Part shown: positions 31,663 through 32,377 of the stretch, in pieces
Layout: every line of letters begins with the position of its first letter
How positions within the stretch are numbered: the stretch's first letter is position 1
From: an uncultured Methanosarcinales archaeon
Lineage (GTDB): Archaea; Nanobdellota; Nanobdellia; Woesearchaeales; GW2011-AR9
Direction of reading: 5' to 3'
DNA: 32,377 nucleotides
Assembly: GCA_964502785.1 (NCBI GenBank)
Contig: CAZCXW010000009.1
Span: 1 to 32,377 of the forward strand
Made by a program: the position numbers and the translations under genes
The notes under the pieces: generated by a model
The model's database searches: none
Seen by the model: the letters and a program-made list of their open reading frames with translations, nothing else
Told to the model about the DNA's origin: nothing

Positions 31663-32377
31663 CTACTCAGAAGTCCTCCTTTTTAACAATAATTTCCATT
31701 CTCCTTTATAATACTTGTGGAAAGCATAGAGGGCTGCGAGGACCATCAGCAGGCTGAACCATTGGCCAACAGTAAAGGAAAAATAGGTTTTTTCATCGCG
31801 ATAGAAGTCCAGCAAAAACCTTCCCAAACCCTCTAAAAAGATAAAATTCCAAAAAACAAATCCTGATTTAAACTCTTTCTTGTAACCCAGCCAAAGCAGC
31901 CAAACAAATAACAGGAATCTTTTTCCTGCTTCGTACAACTGATACGGATGCCGGCAGAGATCGTCTCCTCCAGTATTTTTAAAATTAACGCACCACAAAC
32001 CATTCCATGGTTTTCCCCAGAGTTCTCCATTCACAAAATTAGCAATCCTTCCTAACGCCAGAGCCAAAACAGCGGGAATCGTCAGAATATCCGCCACGCG
32101 CCAAAAATCGATTTTTTTCTTTTTACAGAACCATAGTGCTCCTAAGACGCTTCCTGCAAATCCGCCATGGAAACTCATTCCCCCCTGCCAAACTTTAAAG
32201 ATATTAAGAACATTTGAGAAATAATAAAGTGGTTCATAAAATAATTCAAAGAGACGCGCTCCTATAATCAGCCCCATCATTACATAAAAGATAAGATCCC
32301 AGATATCTTCTTTGCTGAGATTAAGTTGTGAACGCTGTTTTTGCAGGAAATAAATTCCTAACAAAAAACCTAACACA
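31663..32377 (-). CDS. lgt: Prolipoprotein diacylglyceryl transferase (Lgt) homologue; the N-terminus runs off the window
   Basis: VWQGGMSFHGGFAG, LGRIANFVNGELWG and RHPYQLYEAG are collinear with the E. coli Lgt signature blocks (VWDGGMSFHGG, GRLGNFINGELWG, RHPSQLYE). Multi-TM protein. Confidence 0.9.
   Translation of the reverse strand, partial: VLGFLLGIYFLQKQRSQLNLSKEDIWDLIFYVMMGLIIGARLFELFYEPLYYFSNVLNIFKVWQGGMSFHGGFAGSVLGALWFCKKKKIDFWRVADILTIPAVLALALGRIANFVNGELWGKPWNGLWCVNFKNTGGDDLCRHPYQLYEAGKRFLLFVWLLWLGYKKEFKSGFVFWNFIFLEGLGRFLLDFYRDEKTYFSFTVGQWFSLLMVLAALYAFHKYYKGEWKLLLKRRTSE

Noticed and set aside
31145-31757. Plus-strand ORFs 31145-31606, 31416-31757 and 31492-31686
   Set aside because: They lie antisense to the cupredoxin-like lipoprotein gene, which has a signal peptide, a lipobox and family motifs. 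The plus-strand translations are Cys/Phe/Leu-rich junk.

Overview
AT-rich archaeal chromosomal segment. The archaeal assignment rests on aIF5B, aEF-1beta, Trm1, ABCE1/RLI, RtcA, a geranylgeranyl reductase, intron-containing tRNAs, and TATA boxes about 25-30 nt upstream of many start codons (leaderless-type genes). The small genes, bacterial-type accessory genes and one giant surface protein suggest a DPANN-like lineage, but that is inference only. I call about 35 protein genes, including three small ORFs absent from the supplied track, and two tRNAs: tRNA-Trp(CCA) with two apparent introns and tRNA-Thr(CGU) with a 13-nt intron. No CRISPR array, rRNA, transposase or integrase is visible. The main points of interest are: (1) a translationally coupled surface module at 25391-30818, made of a fused double ribbon-helix-helix protein, a 1585-aa beta-helix plus Ig-repeat protein with roughly 100 N-glycosylation sequons, and a small protein sharing its N-terminal anchor; (2) tandem paralogs of an unrecognisable family at 6338-8319, the first carrying the same strong RBS as the S-layer-like gene; (3) a mosaic, hairpin-rich intergenic repeat family with at least 7 copies in 32 kb; (4) a bacterial-type Lgt together with two lipobox proteins in an archaeal context; (5) several unusual variants and fusions (SET fusion, stand-alone CARF-like protein, Nudix/3-TM/Nudix cluster, SPFC DsbA-like protein, ligand-less cupredoxin, divergent PIMT). 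All functional calls come from motif recognition by eye; no database search was possible.
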